Positions 1 through 18,431 of a stretch of DNA of 64,000 bases are shown here, piece after piece. The notes beneath the pieces are model-generated. The model worked only from the letters and a program-made list of their open reading frames with translations. It had not been told where the DNA came from and made no database searches. Source of the DNA: Balanoglossus misakiensis. Its lineage: Eukaryota > Animalia > Hemichordata. Position 1 is the first letter of the stretch. The number at the start of each line of letters is the position of its first letter. Made by a program: the position numbers and the translations under genes. The stretch lies in contig CM082587.2 in the NCBI GenBank assembly GCA_040954595.2, forward strand, positions 6,809,705-6,873,704. Reading direction: 5' to 3'.

Positions 1-1947
1 GGTGCATGCGATCAACCGCTGTGTACTGTTTTGTCCGTCGTGCACCTCTCAACCGCATTTGATTGTGTGTCGTCCGGATTATTTGATCATAATTACAATT
101 TAAATAGACTGCCTATTGACAAATGTTTTCTGAAATGTCTTATGTGTCCGCAGGAATTGTTTGAAGAGGAAATTCGATACAGCGACGCGAGTCGAGCCAA
201 TTGAAAGCGGGAATCCCTTTTATACAAATGGAAGGTAATAGACATAACGCCGAGCCGTCATTTTCATAAATAATGGGGGGAGAGTATAATGGCGATCCTG
301 GATAGATCGCGCCAAATCCGGAATTTGTCATAATAAAATGTGTTAATAATGGGTAAATTGTATGGTGGTTTCTTGAATGCGGTGTACAATGTAATAATTC
401 AGCGCGGTCAATATGGTGTTTTTTTTCCAATGGATTATCGGTACGTTGGTTTAGACTATACATGTACCTCGAGTGTATTCGCTCGCTGGGAACACTGATT
501 CTGGCCGTGACCCGACTTGGAGCTATCGCTGTGCTTTACCAGATGTGACAGAATTTTGCCGAAGTGTCCGAGCGCACAATTGTCGTCGGAAAGTCGAGCT
601 GGCGCTCACCATCGGCGGCAGGGATTGCTTTTGAAGAGTAACAGTAAAACGACAAGTCAGGCGTGGATTCGGGCTCTTGCTTAGCGAACCCTCCAACGCA
701 CGCACTGCATTATACGGTACACGCATCGACAAACGCACACGCACACACATGGACGCACGAAAAACTTACGAGAATAAATCAGTTGCAGTACAATATTTTT
801 GTTTCAAATGAACTTTCAAGTTTATTAAGGATGACAAAACCACAAAAAATTCACATCAGTGAGATAAAACTGTTCTTCATAATTTAAAATAAAATAAAAA
901 CATTTGTCAGTTTAATGATCCCTATTGATAAAAGCTTCACAAAGAATGTGCAATAGTGATACATAACACTACTGACTGAAAACCACATTGTACACAATAC
1001 GCATCGAATAATTGCGTCGCTGGAACGTCATAAAGGCAACGCGGTGACGACCGAGTCCGGTTGAACAAGCTGTTTGCAGCTTCCCGTCTGTTAACTCACT
1101 CTGTAATGAATCATATATTTTTTGTTCTAAATGTCATCTACACTGGCTAGCCTGTGACCTGTTATCACTGAACCACGCTGCTATGCGGAGCACGCACATG
1201 CAGGATATGATACGGTGCGGTGGGCGCCGGACACGACAAACGATCCACCACAATTGTGATTCGGTTGCCACAGCCGAAAAAAAGTTCAAACACAAAACCG
1301 ATAATCATGAAAACAGTTTTGCACGACTGTGATGTACACGATACGTTTGCGCGTTCGATAATTCCTTCACTGTAAAACTTTCCCAGCAAGCGAATCATCA
1401 AACATTCACGATAAAGCCATTCTCCATTTCTATAAGTAGAATACTTTACCCCGAAATAAACCTGCAGCAATAGTTTGAAACAAAGGATTTATATCAAATA
1501 AACATAGGCGGAGATAGACTGGGTGTAGCTACGACCATTTTCCTATTATAAAACAAATGTTATGAAAAGAAAATAGACCGCTAAAGTTCCGTTTAATTAT
1601 AATAACACATTTTCCCGCGATTAAATAAGTTATGTTGTAAAGGACAAAAACCAAACATTAGATTCGACGCATTCAGTGCGTAGTGTCTACGGTAATTTGC
1701 ATAATATGTTAAAAAATACATTTCAATGTATATTTCTCCAGCCCGTTTCAATGAGCAGCTTGGTTTTACTATCGAGTGATGTTTCACAGTATTGATCACG
1801 CGCACTGAATCCCTGGCTTTGATATGTTCAAGTTTAATTCGCGAACTTGTTCACGGGTTCATTTAGCGACCACCCGGATCATCGTCGCAAACCGCAGGTC
1901 CTCTTGACGGCAACAGTTTCAACGCACGCACGCGCGCGCGCGCGCAC

Positions 1948-8331
<6,384 letters not shown>

Positions 8332-8489
8332 TTTTAGCGACGGACGGTTTTTTTTCTTTTAGAGAGAAAGAGAGAGAGAACGCAAAGTTGGTCCCAGTCG
8401 CTCAATTCAGCCGTGGATGGCGATAAGCTGTACTCGTTCAGAGACTGAGAGTTCTGGCAATCTGAATCAAAATGATTCTTTGGTCTGAC

Positions 8490-8515
8490 TAAATATGCCA
8501 ACTGATTATGCAAAT
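8490..8515 (-). promoter_or_regulatory. Proximal promoter element of Gfi copy A: octamer ATTTGCAT + AATC core + TATA-like ATATTTA
   Basis: Transcribed strand reads ATTTGCATAATCAGT-TGGC-ATATTTA, about 160-185 nt upstream of the ATG. The same element with the same spacing precedes copy B. Confidence 0.65.
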
Positions 8516-11500
8516 GGCTAGGTGTGATACTAGTAGTCCGACCCGTCACCGTCCGGCTGAATCTCCCCTCATTCCATCTGTTTCTCAGTGGTACCTCGCG
8601 CGCCCAACTTAACTCCTATCTATTAAATTAGCATTTAGTGGCACGCATGCGCCGTGGCCAAAATCTAGCAGGTGTCAGGCAAAGAGACAGTGTCCAATAA
8701 TGCATTGATTAATAACATTATACTATAGCAACCCCCGGCTGGTATGCGCCGAACTCGGTTCGAAAGTAACTCTACAAGCAAACAAAAGAAACGCACCCGG
8801 AACTCGACATTTAGAACGTCACGACCGCCGAAAGAACTGACGCGGACCTCGGGGGGAGCTCAGTGGGCATCCCCGAAGCACGCGGATTGTATAAGGTCAG
8901 AGGTCGATGTCTCCACGTTAAATTTATTGTAATTAGTCCAAAGAGGTGAGAGTGTTGTTAGATTTTGGGTTAAGTCACGCCGTATAGCGGACGGTATATC
9001 GCGTCTCGGTGATGGATAGGGGAGGGGGGTCGTTCCTGGTAATGAATAGATTCCCGCGGAAGGGAATAAATTAAAACTTGGGAAATGTTGTAATTTAGGA
9101 ATTTAACACTCGATAAAACTCACCAATGTGATGTTAATTAGACCGTGTGATAATTAAACATAATTTGACGCTGCAAGCACGGTCGTTCGTTTCGTCGCCG
9201 CAGGGATTATAACAATAAGTTTTGGCTGGGATGGGAATATTTCAGTTGCCATGGATCGTTAAGAATTTTCTAAATTTGGAGAGTTAGTTTCTATTGCTCC
9301 CCACCACGAATTTAGCCCGATGCTGGTCCCTGTCTGTTGGTTCGTCGGTGACATCTTCCAGTGAGTGGCCTCTTCGCTGGTCTTGTCGTAGTTTAGCATT
9401 CATCAAATGTCTGGTAAAAATCACATTCTAATCTTTTTCCCTTCAATGTGTGCAACGACTTGTGACCACAGACCATGATAAAACAGCAATTTGTCTAATT
9501 AATGGAAGTCACCATGGCGACAAGGCCGACATTTCGCGCAAACATGGCGCCGTTGTAATATTGACACAAAGCGGACCTATTCAAAAACCCGAAAATTAAA
9601 AAAAGGAAAAATTATCGAGAGCAATTAAAGATATTTCACGGATGTGTCTGCTGCCTGCGTAGTTTTCATCTGTCAGGTCATTCCGGCAAGCCGTTTTCCA
9701 CAACCCAGTTATATTTACGCGCGCGGCAATATCGCAAGTCCTTGTTCAATAGTGATATTGACTGTTCAGAAATACTGGTAGACGAAATGCCTTAAATAGC
9801 ACAGCAACAAGGCGAACTCTATACATATCCGTGGGAAATTGGCGTATCAATCTCAAAGTACCACGATATTTGTTAATTTAGAAAATAAAAATGAAAACAT
9901 ATTCTCGTGTCCCGATGACGTGGCGCGTGGCTATGCCCTCAACGTTGCCGCCAAGGGGTGGCGTGCTCTACTCATCTGACTGCTGTACCTTTCTAAGTTC
10001 CCATCGCTGAAGATGAGAGGGGATGCGATGGGATAATTTCCCCAATCTTCTGTGTTCTAATCGGGGGAGTGGTGACTAAATATTAAATATTTAAAAAAAA
10101 CACAAGAGCGAAAGAAATCAATGTGAACCAGGAAATACAGGAGTTACGAAATAAGAATAAAGAGCAAATACTGTTGAACAGGAAACTGTTTGATGACTTG
10201 AACATGTTATTTTTACATCGTTGGCAAAGATGACTAATTTTTCAGAAAACTAATCTTCAGAAACTGACACAAAAATAACAATTTGAACAGTGAACGACGG
10301 ATTATTTCGCGGTTCGCTTCAACCGTGACTATTCATGCATGCGTGTACTCATGGTGTACTATAGCCGGTGTGAACTTTGAACCGACGGGTGGTTGAATTT
10401 CGGATACCGCAGCGCGCCTGAACAGACCCGGCCGGCAAAAACGGGACGAACGTAACGGCAAATTAAAAATTGATAGCGAGTGGCCACGGGTCTTCCCTGG
10501 ACCTCTCTCGCACGCTGTGATTTCAAGCGCGCGCAACGGAAGGGGTTTTGACGGCGTACGTCGGAAAAACAAAGACAATCGTCGCTCGCTCTGTGGCATA
10601 TTAATAAAGCGATTCCGGGGGAACAATCGACACGGGAGCCGATTTCACTCGCATGTCCAGATACAATAGATTTTAATTTGAACTTCATTATTATATCCCT
10701 CTCGCTCTTTTAGACGTCAAAATGATGAATAATGATTGTGGACATTTAAGGTGTACACGTAATTAATATCTCATTTGAACGGGGTATCGTCGAGATTGCT
10801 GACACGTACTCGGTTTGTGATTTACTATCACGGCTTCTCTGTTGATATCAATACGAGGCAGCGACGGAACGCCTTCTCAAATATCCAACATGGCAGACTC
10901 GAGTCTCATTTTAAATAGCTGTGAAATTATTATTGATACCACATCGGAAATAGCTCGCACTTCAGAGCGATTTCGTTTATATAGCCCCGGCTTAGTATGA
11001 GTCAATCATTCTTTACGTGTACCATTAACGTCATTTTCAAATTCCCCGTGTCATTTCTATGCTCTAATTGGCGTCGGAAAACAGCGGCGCTGCGCGGAGC
11101 TCTTCATTTTTTAAAACGATCAATCTTGGCCGCTTATTGACAATCTTGTAGACAACAATATCCAGGAACAAAAAAGAGGAATCGATTTTGTCGAGGTGTA
11201 AGAAACTCCGCAAAGATCAACGTTACAACTCGCTTGTGGCCATTATTTGAACAAGCATTTAGCAAGGGTTCTATTTGTACCGATCTGCGTGCGAACGTGA
11301 GCAACTGATGGGCAAGCTTTCTTAATGCGCGCGTGTGCTTGGCTTCGGTGTACACTGAGGAAATAGTCTTCCCAAAATACGCTTTCCAAATGAACATCAT
11401 TCCAAACCAATCAGCGACCATTTTGGGGGTCGGGTTGGACACCACCCAATATTGCGGGTGTGATATCTGAAGGAGGCTATCAGAAACATTGGCTGGAACC

Positions 11501-14500
11501 TGAAATACATGCATAAGGCATAAGTCGGGCGCGTCAATTAGGCGAGCGTGTTTGCAATGCAAATGTACAAGCTGACATTTGGACAGGGCGCTCGCTCACC
11601 AGCTGAAGAGCCGGCATCTGTGACATGAACTTGTCTCCAAAGAATCGCTCTCAATTAATCGCACTTTTCAGAGACACCGCTGATTAACAAAATTAACATG
11701 GACGACATATAGGGAAGCACAGATGCTTTTTTAGATTTAGCGCACTTGCGTCAGAAAGGAAGGTCGATCACCATCTGCATTGATTTAATGTACTGTGTAT
11801 AGTGCTGTATAAAATGGAATATGCAGAAGACGACCAAGACACAGACCGGACTACTCTATCTAATGCGAGACTGACATTGTCTTGAAATATCATCATTAAG
11901 TTTTTAAAACAGCTCTCTTGCATACTAACATCTTTAATGCCAATTTGATAATTTGCAGTTGATTTTTTAAAGTGGAGTGACGGCCCGGCGTTGCGCACTT
12001 TTGATTGATCGAATTCGGAACAACAAAATTATCGATTTTCACCCGCTATTTTAAAGTGGACAATTTCAATCTTTGTTGCGCAGTTTCTGTGGTGTTCAGT
12101 CGTACACAGATCAAGTCTTATTCGTCGCGGAAATGTGAGTGGTGGATGCGACACGGGTGTTTTTATTTTGGCATGGGCTTCTGGCCAGACTGGTTAAAGC
12201 GTGTTTGACTAACTTGATAGGTTTTTTGTGGTCAAGCAGGTACCAACTTGAAGATAAAAATCGTACAGTGTGAATCCTAGTTCCAATGCCTACGAATTCT
12301 TCCAAGACCCGTGATGTCTTTCAACACATTAACAACTTCTGTTTAATATGTTAGTGCAGTTACATGTTAGTTCCTTGCGCACATCATGTGGCAAAGTACA
12401 GACGCGAGGTGGCATAGTCGACTCAAAGCCACGGCCATTTTATTGACCCCATCGGAAATAGCCGCTGCCTCTACGCTATATGTCAGCGTCGCTCACACAT
12501 TCAACATGGTCCCTTAGCGAAGCTATATAATACAAATACGCCGAAAAATAAATGTTTACATCGGGTAGGTTTTTTTCTTGATCCAACCAATAATGCTATA
12601 ATTCTAACATTTGTGTTCATTGTAAGCTTAACTATCATTACAAGTAATTACTATATTGAATGTTGGGCTGGCTCGATCTTTTCATTTGCTGATTTTTGGC
12701 TGCTCTACTGTCGGGTGAGAGATCAAACCAACCCTTCATCTGATTTTAATCAGATTGAAGTAATTAGTACTGTCAGACAGTCCACGGATACTTATTGTTT
12801 GAAGAATACAACTAATTAGAACTAAATGAACACACTAGAACTCAGTCATTGCCTTTGGTCATGGTTGAATTATTTAATTATTTTAAAGATCGTTTCTGGA
12901 TTAAAACATGATTTCATGGACAATGTCGATTTTTAACGCTGTCACAAAGTTATATTTACGCGGGCGGGGGGGGGGGGTTCATGGTTGAATGTTCAAGAGC
13001 TTCGGAGTCATAGTTCATGACATAAAGTTCGAATTCACTCATAAAGTTTAGCGATATGATCATTTCCGGCTGCGGTCGGAGCTTGGACCTAACATGTCTG
13101 CAGTTCCGGTCACTTTCGGCAAAGACCAAACGCCAGGGTTGTCAAAGTCCTCTTTATCACCCCTTTGACGTCGTAATGAAGTCGTTTGGGTGCAAAAAGC
13201 ACGGGCGATTAGAGAGTGTTACACCGGGACGAACAGATGACTTGAACCGGCCATCACATTTAGAAAGGGCGGCGCTACCGCAAAGGCGCGCGATGGAAGC
13301 GCCGCGGACAATAGTCGGACAAGCTGACGTCGAGCGTTTCGTTGTACGCAAATTGTCGGTGATCTCTGCGACAAAACTTTATACTTTAGGAAGTCATTGA
13401 ACTTTAGGGGGGCCATTGAACTCGTTGAATGTCAAAGCAAACCGACGAGAGAGAGAAATCACGGCCGGCTGTAGCCATCCCGAAGTATCTTTGTCCGTAA
13501 CTGCGGTCTGCGGTACATAGGCGTTATTGTTACAGCGCATGCGGCTATGTAACAATCACAATGCTGTTTTTTGTTATCTTCTTTATTGTGTACACGTAAC
13601 ATGTGTTTTTTAAGCCACTGAATTTCTATTTTTTAAAGAGATTGCTCAAAAGTATATTTTGTCTTTGAAGACTGCTTTTCACAAATACCGACCTCTTGTA
13701 TCTGAGTTAATTTTATTCCTCTCTGCAATTATAGACAGTGGATGCGTCTCGTTTTCCCCGTTTGTGATGCAATAGATCACAATTATGTGTTAAGGGTGTG
13801 GGCAAAGCAACGGTAGAGTCCAGCACGCCAGGCCGTGCTTTTCAATGTCGTGTGTGGTGATTCCTGTCGCCGTGCACCCGCCAAACTTTCATTATGTTTA
13901 TTTTGGGGAGAGGTGCTAGTGTCCAAAGTAGCTGCATGCCTGTGTACTCTCTTCATATCAAGACTTTGCTTTCAAAATGAATTTGTTGTTCAGTGCCCAC
14001 CAAGACATACTAGTATATAGTCTGTTCGGCGACTGAACTTGTCTCTGAATCTGTAGATTTCGTCCTGCAGCAAACCAGTACCCATCAGACCCTTGACAAT
14101 CAAGGGTCTGTGATAATGGATAACATGACAAAAAACACACACCTTTGTACGCAGGACACAGGGCAGAGAATAAGTCGGTACATTAGCAGTACAATGCGTG
14201 AGTGGGGTGAGGACCCTGGGAATGCCAAGTGCATGAATTGAACTTGAAGTGCGTCTACAATGGCCGTTCTAAAAAGTTGACAACCCCGTGTTCACTGCTC
14301 CACGGTACCTCAATACAACGCATCGCAACTGCAGCTGTTGTGGATTGTCCTAGAAACGTGAACTGTTGCGGATTTTCCTAGAAATGTGCAACGAATCTGC
14401 CAACCAAGTTCCATGCAGCGCGTGGGAACTGTGTGACACGTGAAAGTATAAAAGCAAAACCATACGTTAGAGGGAGCGGTAAACAGCCTGAGAGCTCGCA

Positions 14501-14818
14501 GTTGGCATGAACAAGCTTGTAGTTTGTTTCAGATTCATCTGCTGTCTTCCTCTAACTTTAAGAAATCCGTTAACGCTGCAGAGAAGTATCGACTTTTTTA
14601 TTTAAAAAAAAATCAATGCCCCTGGGAAAGTTGCATTTCTTTCAGACCCATGCAAAAAAGTAATCCCCGAGTGAATGGTGAACTAATTGAAATCATTTTC
14701 TGCTCCAAGCAATGCCGAGGTCGATATGACAATCGCATTACGGCCACAGTGGCGTTTTTTTAAACGGACCCTGGGAAACCCCACAAGTGCACGTAAACAG
14801 CGGCGGGATAGTGGACAC

Positions 14819-14893
14819 TAGGCCTGCGTACAGGTCTGTGTGTTCGTGGAGGCCGTGTAATGCTGCGAACACACAGACCTCTACGCACGGCTA
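14819..14893. mobile_element. 75-bp non-autonomous palindromic DNA transposon (TAG...CTA termini, 9-bp TSD)
   Basis: Arms TAGGCCTGCGTACAGGTCTGTGTGTTCG and CGAACACACAGACCTCTACGCACGGCTA are near-perfect inverted repeats. The direct repeat AGTGGACAC flanks it at 14810-14818 and 14894-14902. Confidence 0.75.
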
Positions 14894-15792
14894 AGTGGAC
14901 ACAGATATGATACTAAATGAAACGTAGTTCTCCCCTGGCACGTCAGAACTATGGGAGTTTTAAGCTGGCCATTTAGTTAATGGATGCGTATAGGTTTCCC
15001 AAGAGTGGACGATGTGTGTAGGTTTTCCAAGTCTTTATGGCTTGGCATGCATCATGAAAATGGCCAATTTCACAGTAAATATTTGTTTGCAGTAGAAACC
15101 GCGGCAACCGCGTTAATCTCGTTTCGAGCACGCGCACAAAATCTAAAGGGTAACATTGTCCGAGCTTTGTTTTTTTTCTCTTCCATTTCGAAAACTTGCA
15201 GAAATTCGGGATGAGCATACCTGGATGACACGCGGGGAGTGTCCAAGACACTATATATTCGCATTTTAATAAGCTGGACCGTGATTAGAGCTTAGTGAGA
15301 GGCCAACGGTAATCCTTTTTGTTTTCAAGATTTAACGATAATCCGCCGTTGTTGACCGTCTTGTTGTGTTCTCACACTGACACTGGCATTGTCTGGCCAC
15401 CCATCGGTGTCATACAAGCAACACACACTTGAATAGCACTGCCATTGAAGACTCCGATTACAGGCAAATGACCCCGCCACTGTTGAAGCTACCCCTCGAA
15501 TTAGAATTGAAGCGAAAACAAAACGAGGAACAACTTGTTTAAATGGATTAACAAAGGCGACCTAGAAAGTCCTATTGTGTGCGCTCTACTATCAAGTTCA
15601 ATCGGCTTCTGGTCCGCGGCATTGTATTGGTATTCGGTCCAAGTGTCTGCGTTCTCACGATGATATTTCTTCAAAGTGCGAGTCCTTGTGGGTATGGGAA
15701 TATTTCACCCTGCTACATCTTGTAAATAAACAAACACGCATCTTTCCTTCTGAATCTTCCTCGAGAATATACAATTCATGCATGCCATGCAA

Positions 15793-16068
15793 GATAGATA
15801 CATAGATACATAGATACATAGATACATAGATACATACATACATACATACATACATACATACATACATACATACATACATACATACATACATACATACATA
15901 CATACATACATACATACATACATACATACATACATACATACATACATACATACATACATACATACATACATACATACATAGGCCTACATACATAGGCCTA
16001 CATGCATACATACATGTACATAGGCCTACATACATACATAGGCCTACATACATACATACAAAGGGCCT
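15793..16068. repeat. (TACA)n tetranucleotide microsatellite with TAGA and GGCCTACA variant flanks
   Basis: Directly visible tandem array; it produces the spurious MYVC-repeat ORFs. Confidence 0.97.
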
Positions 16069-18316
16069 ACACACGTGATCAACCGCACAGAGTGATAAAG
16101 CGTATAGTGACTTAACCAAGACCAGCAAAAATGCTTGCAATGTGCCAAAAATAGTTAACAGAAAAATTGGTTTTCGCCAAAGCTGCAATATGTTGGACTC
16201 CCCAGCGCATCTGTTTTTTTTCATGGTTTCAAAAACCCTAATGTGATATGCATGTGCTTACACTCACTTACTTCCTAATCGAATGGATTTGCCCGTATAA
16301 ATCAGAAGCCTGCTTCGCGTTGCGTCATAACAATCTGAATACTGTTTATGGTTGATAAATTAACTTAACGCATCGGGTACAGTGTGATCGAGCTACTGGC
16401 GACCTCCACCCTAAAATCTCCGAGCTAAATCTGGCTTTGGTGTTTCGCCTTTCCGATTGCAGGTTTTCGGAAAACAATCGATAGAGTGCAACAGCGAAAG
16501 GTTATTCTTTGGAGAGTCGGTGGGGAGGGGGGAGGGCAAAGTTTGAAGTAAATATATTCAATTGGAAAATGTATTGACAATGAAAACGTATATTTTCACC
16601 AACAACTGCGTTCGTTTGCGGTCAGTCATTCGCGTTAACTAATTTGTGGGGGGGTTTTTTTTGGGGGGGGGTGGTATTTGTAAAATCCAGGCACTTCAAT
16701 AAAGAGGATGTAAACTAAACGTTTTATGGTAGCTAAAATTCCAAACTGTGAGTTGAAAATAGAAAATAAATTAACCCTTCGCACGTTTATTACCAGGGAC
16801 AGTAATGGAAAGAAATGTCACGGTGGTTATTTTTAAAACTTTTAATTGGCAACATTTGTGGCAAGTGTGTCTCTCATCGTTGCACAATATGTTCTGCAAC
16901 CTGTTTGCTGTTCATCAACAGCGATTGTTATAAGACCTTAATTAACTTAGTGACATGCTAATTAACCGGTCACTGCCCGTCAACACAAACAACAAAACAA
17001 AAACGGTGTACGTGAAACACCGCGCTTGCTAATTCCGCCGCCGTGTCACTGCCCGGCCTGAGCTGTGTGACATGCGCAGAGGTAACTTGACACGGTGGCA
17101 ACCAGCAGAAGTCACGAAAAAACTAAAAGAAAGCCCTCCCTTTTGGATTAACCTGAAAATAGAAGTGAGTGGGAAACGTAACAATGGAAAGTCAATAAGG
17201 ATCGCTTGCGGATGCCCTCTTTTGCAGCGAATACGAAGACTGAAATCTGGATATTGCCAGGGCATCTAATCAATCTAGAAAATAGTTACTTAAATTAGAA
17301 GTGTTGGCTATTGAAACCATTGAAAATGTCGTCTAACATATTGGAACGTCTGTAATATTAAAAACCATTTGAAGTCAATTTGCCCGTACGTTTACTACAC
17401 TGGCAAAATCATTATCCGACTTGCTTTTTGTCCCGTGATAAATTGGAAGAGATATGGTATTCTGTCTGGCAATAGTAAGCAATGTATTTTATTTTATATT
17501 AAATATCCCATTTCCCTGTTGGATTCTTTTTCTTAAAAGACCCAAATTTGGTGTAATGACAATCGATCAAACACAAGGTACGCACGCATGAGAATCGTTA
17601 GGTGGAAATATGAACAGAAATGCCAGGCGCAAGAGACAGAGATAGCGACCATTGCCAACGCCTTATCTATACCGCGCCGAACGCGCGTGCGCTGAGTCTG
17701 CGTTGTGACTGACTCCTGCTGGAAAGAATGTTGATATTCTTTGTGTTGTGGGTTTGTTTACCATGAAAAACTTGTCCACACACCACAACAGCAACCCAGC
17801 GCCGGGCACCGCACAGAATAGCAGCAGTTGGTCGACTTCGCACACAGATCGCTACAGTGACTGTACATCAGGAAAATTACACAAATCTGCGTACAATCAA
17901 AATCAAACACTCTCGTTTTATTAGACCTTACTGCTCGTTCAAAACCGATCGATTGATTATAATAATTATAAATTTCTACCAACTGTAATTGCTATCTCCA
18001 TGTTATGTATACGTTGTTACATCATTCTAATTAAACATGTTGAATTGTTAGATGCCACTGAATGTGAATTTAACAAAAATATAAAATTGCGGGTAGATAC
18101 ACGGGATTTTTAAAAGGGTGTGTGTGCGGCGAGGTGGTTACAGCCCAGAGAGTTACAACAGACGAGCAGCTATTCACTATCTTTCCCGGGACCGAATTAT
18201 ATTAAGTCCCACACATATGACAAAAATTAGGGTGCTTTTTTTATTTAACGAATGACGGCCAACTAGTATACGGGTCATGGAACCAAGACCCAACGTGAAC
18301 GCGCGCTCAAGCCCAG

Positions 18317-18319
<3 letters not shown>

Positions 18320-18408
<89 letters not shown>

Positions 18409-18431
18409 CTCTCTCTCCACCCCCTCTCTCT
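18320..18431. repeat. (CT)n dinucleotide microsatellite
   Basis: Pure CT run at about 18320-18404 followed by a degenerate tail. Confidence 0.97.

Noticed and set aside
15655-16224. ORFs with MYVC repeats
   Set aside because: Translation artefacts of the (TACA)n microsatellite.
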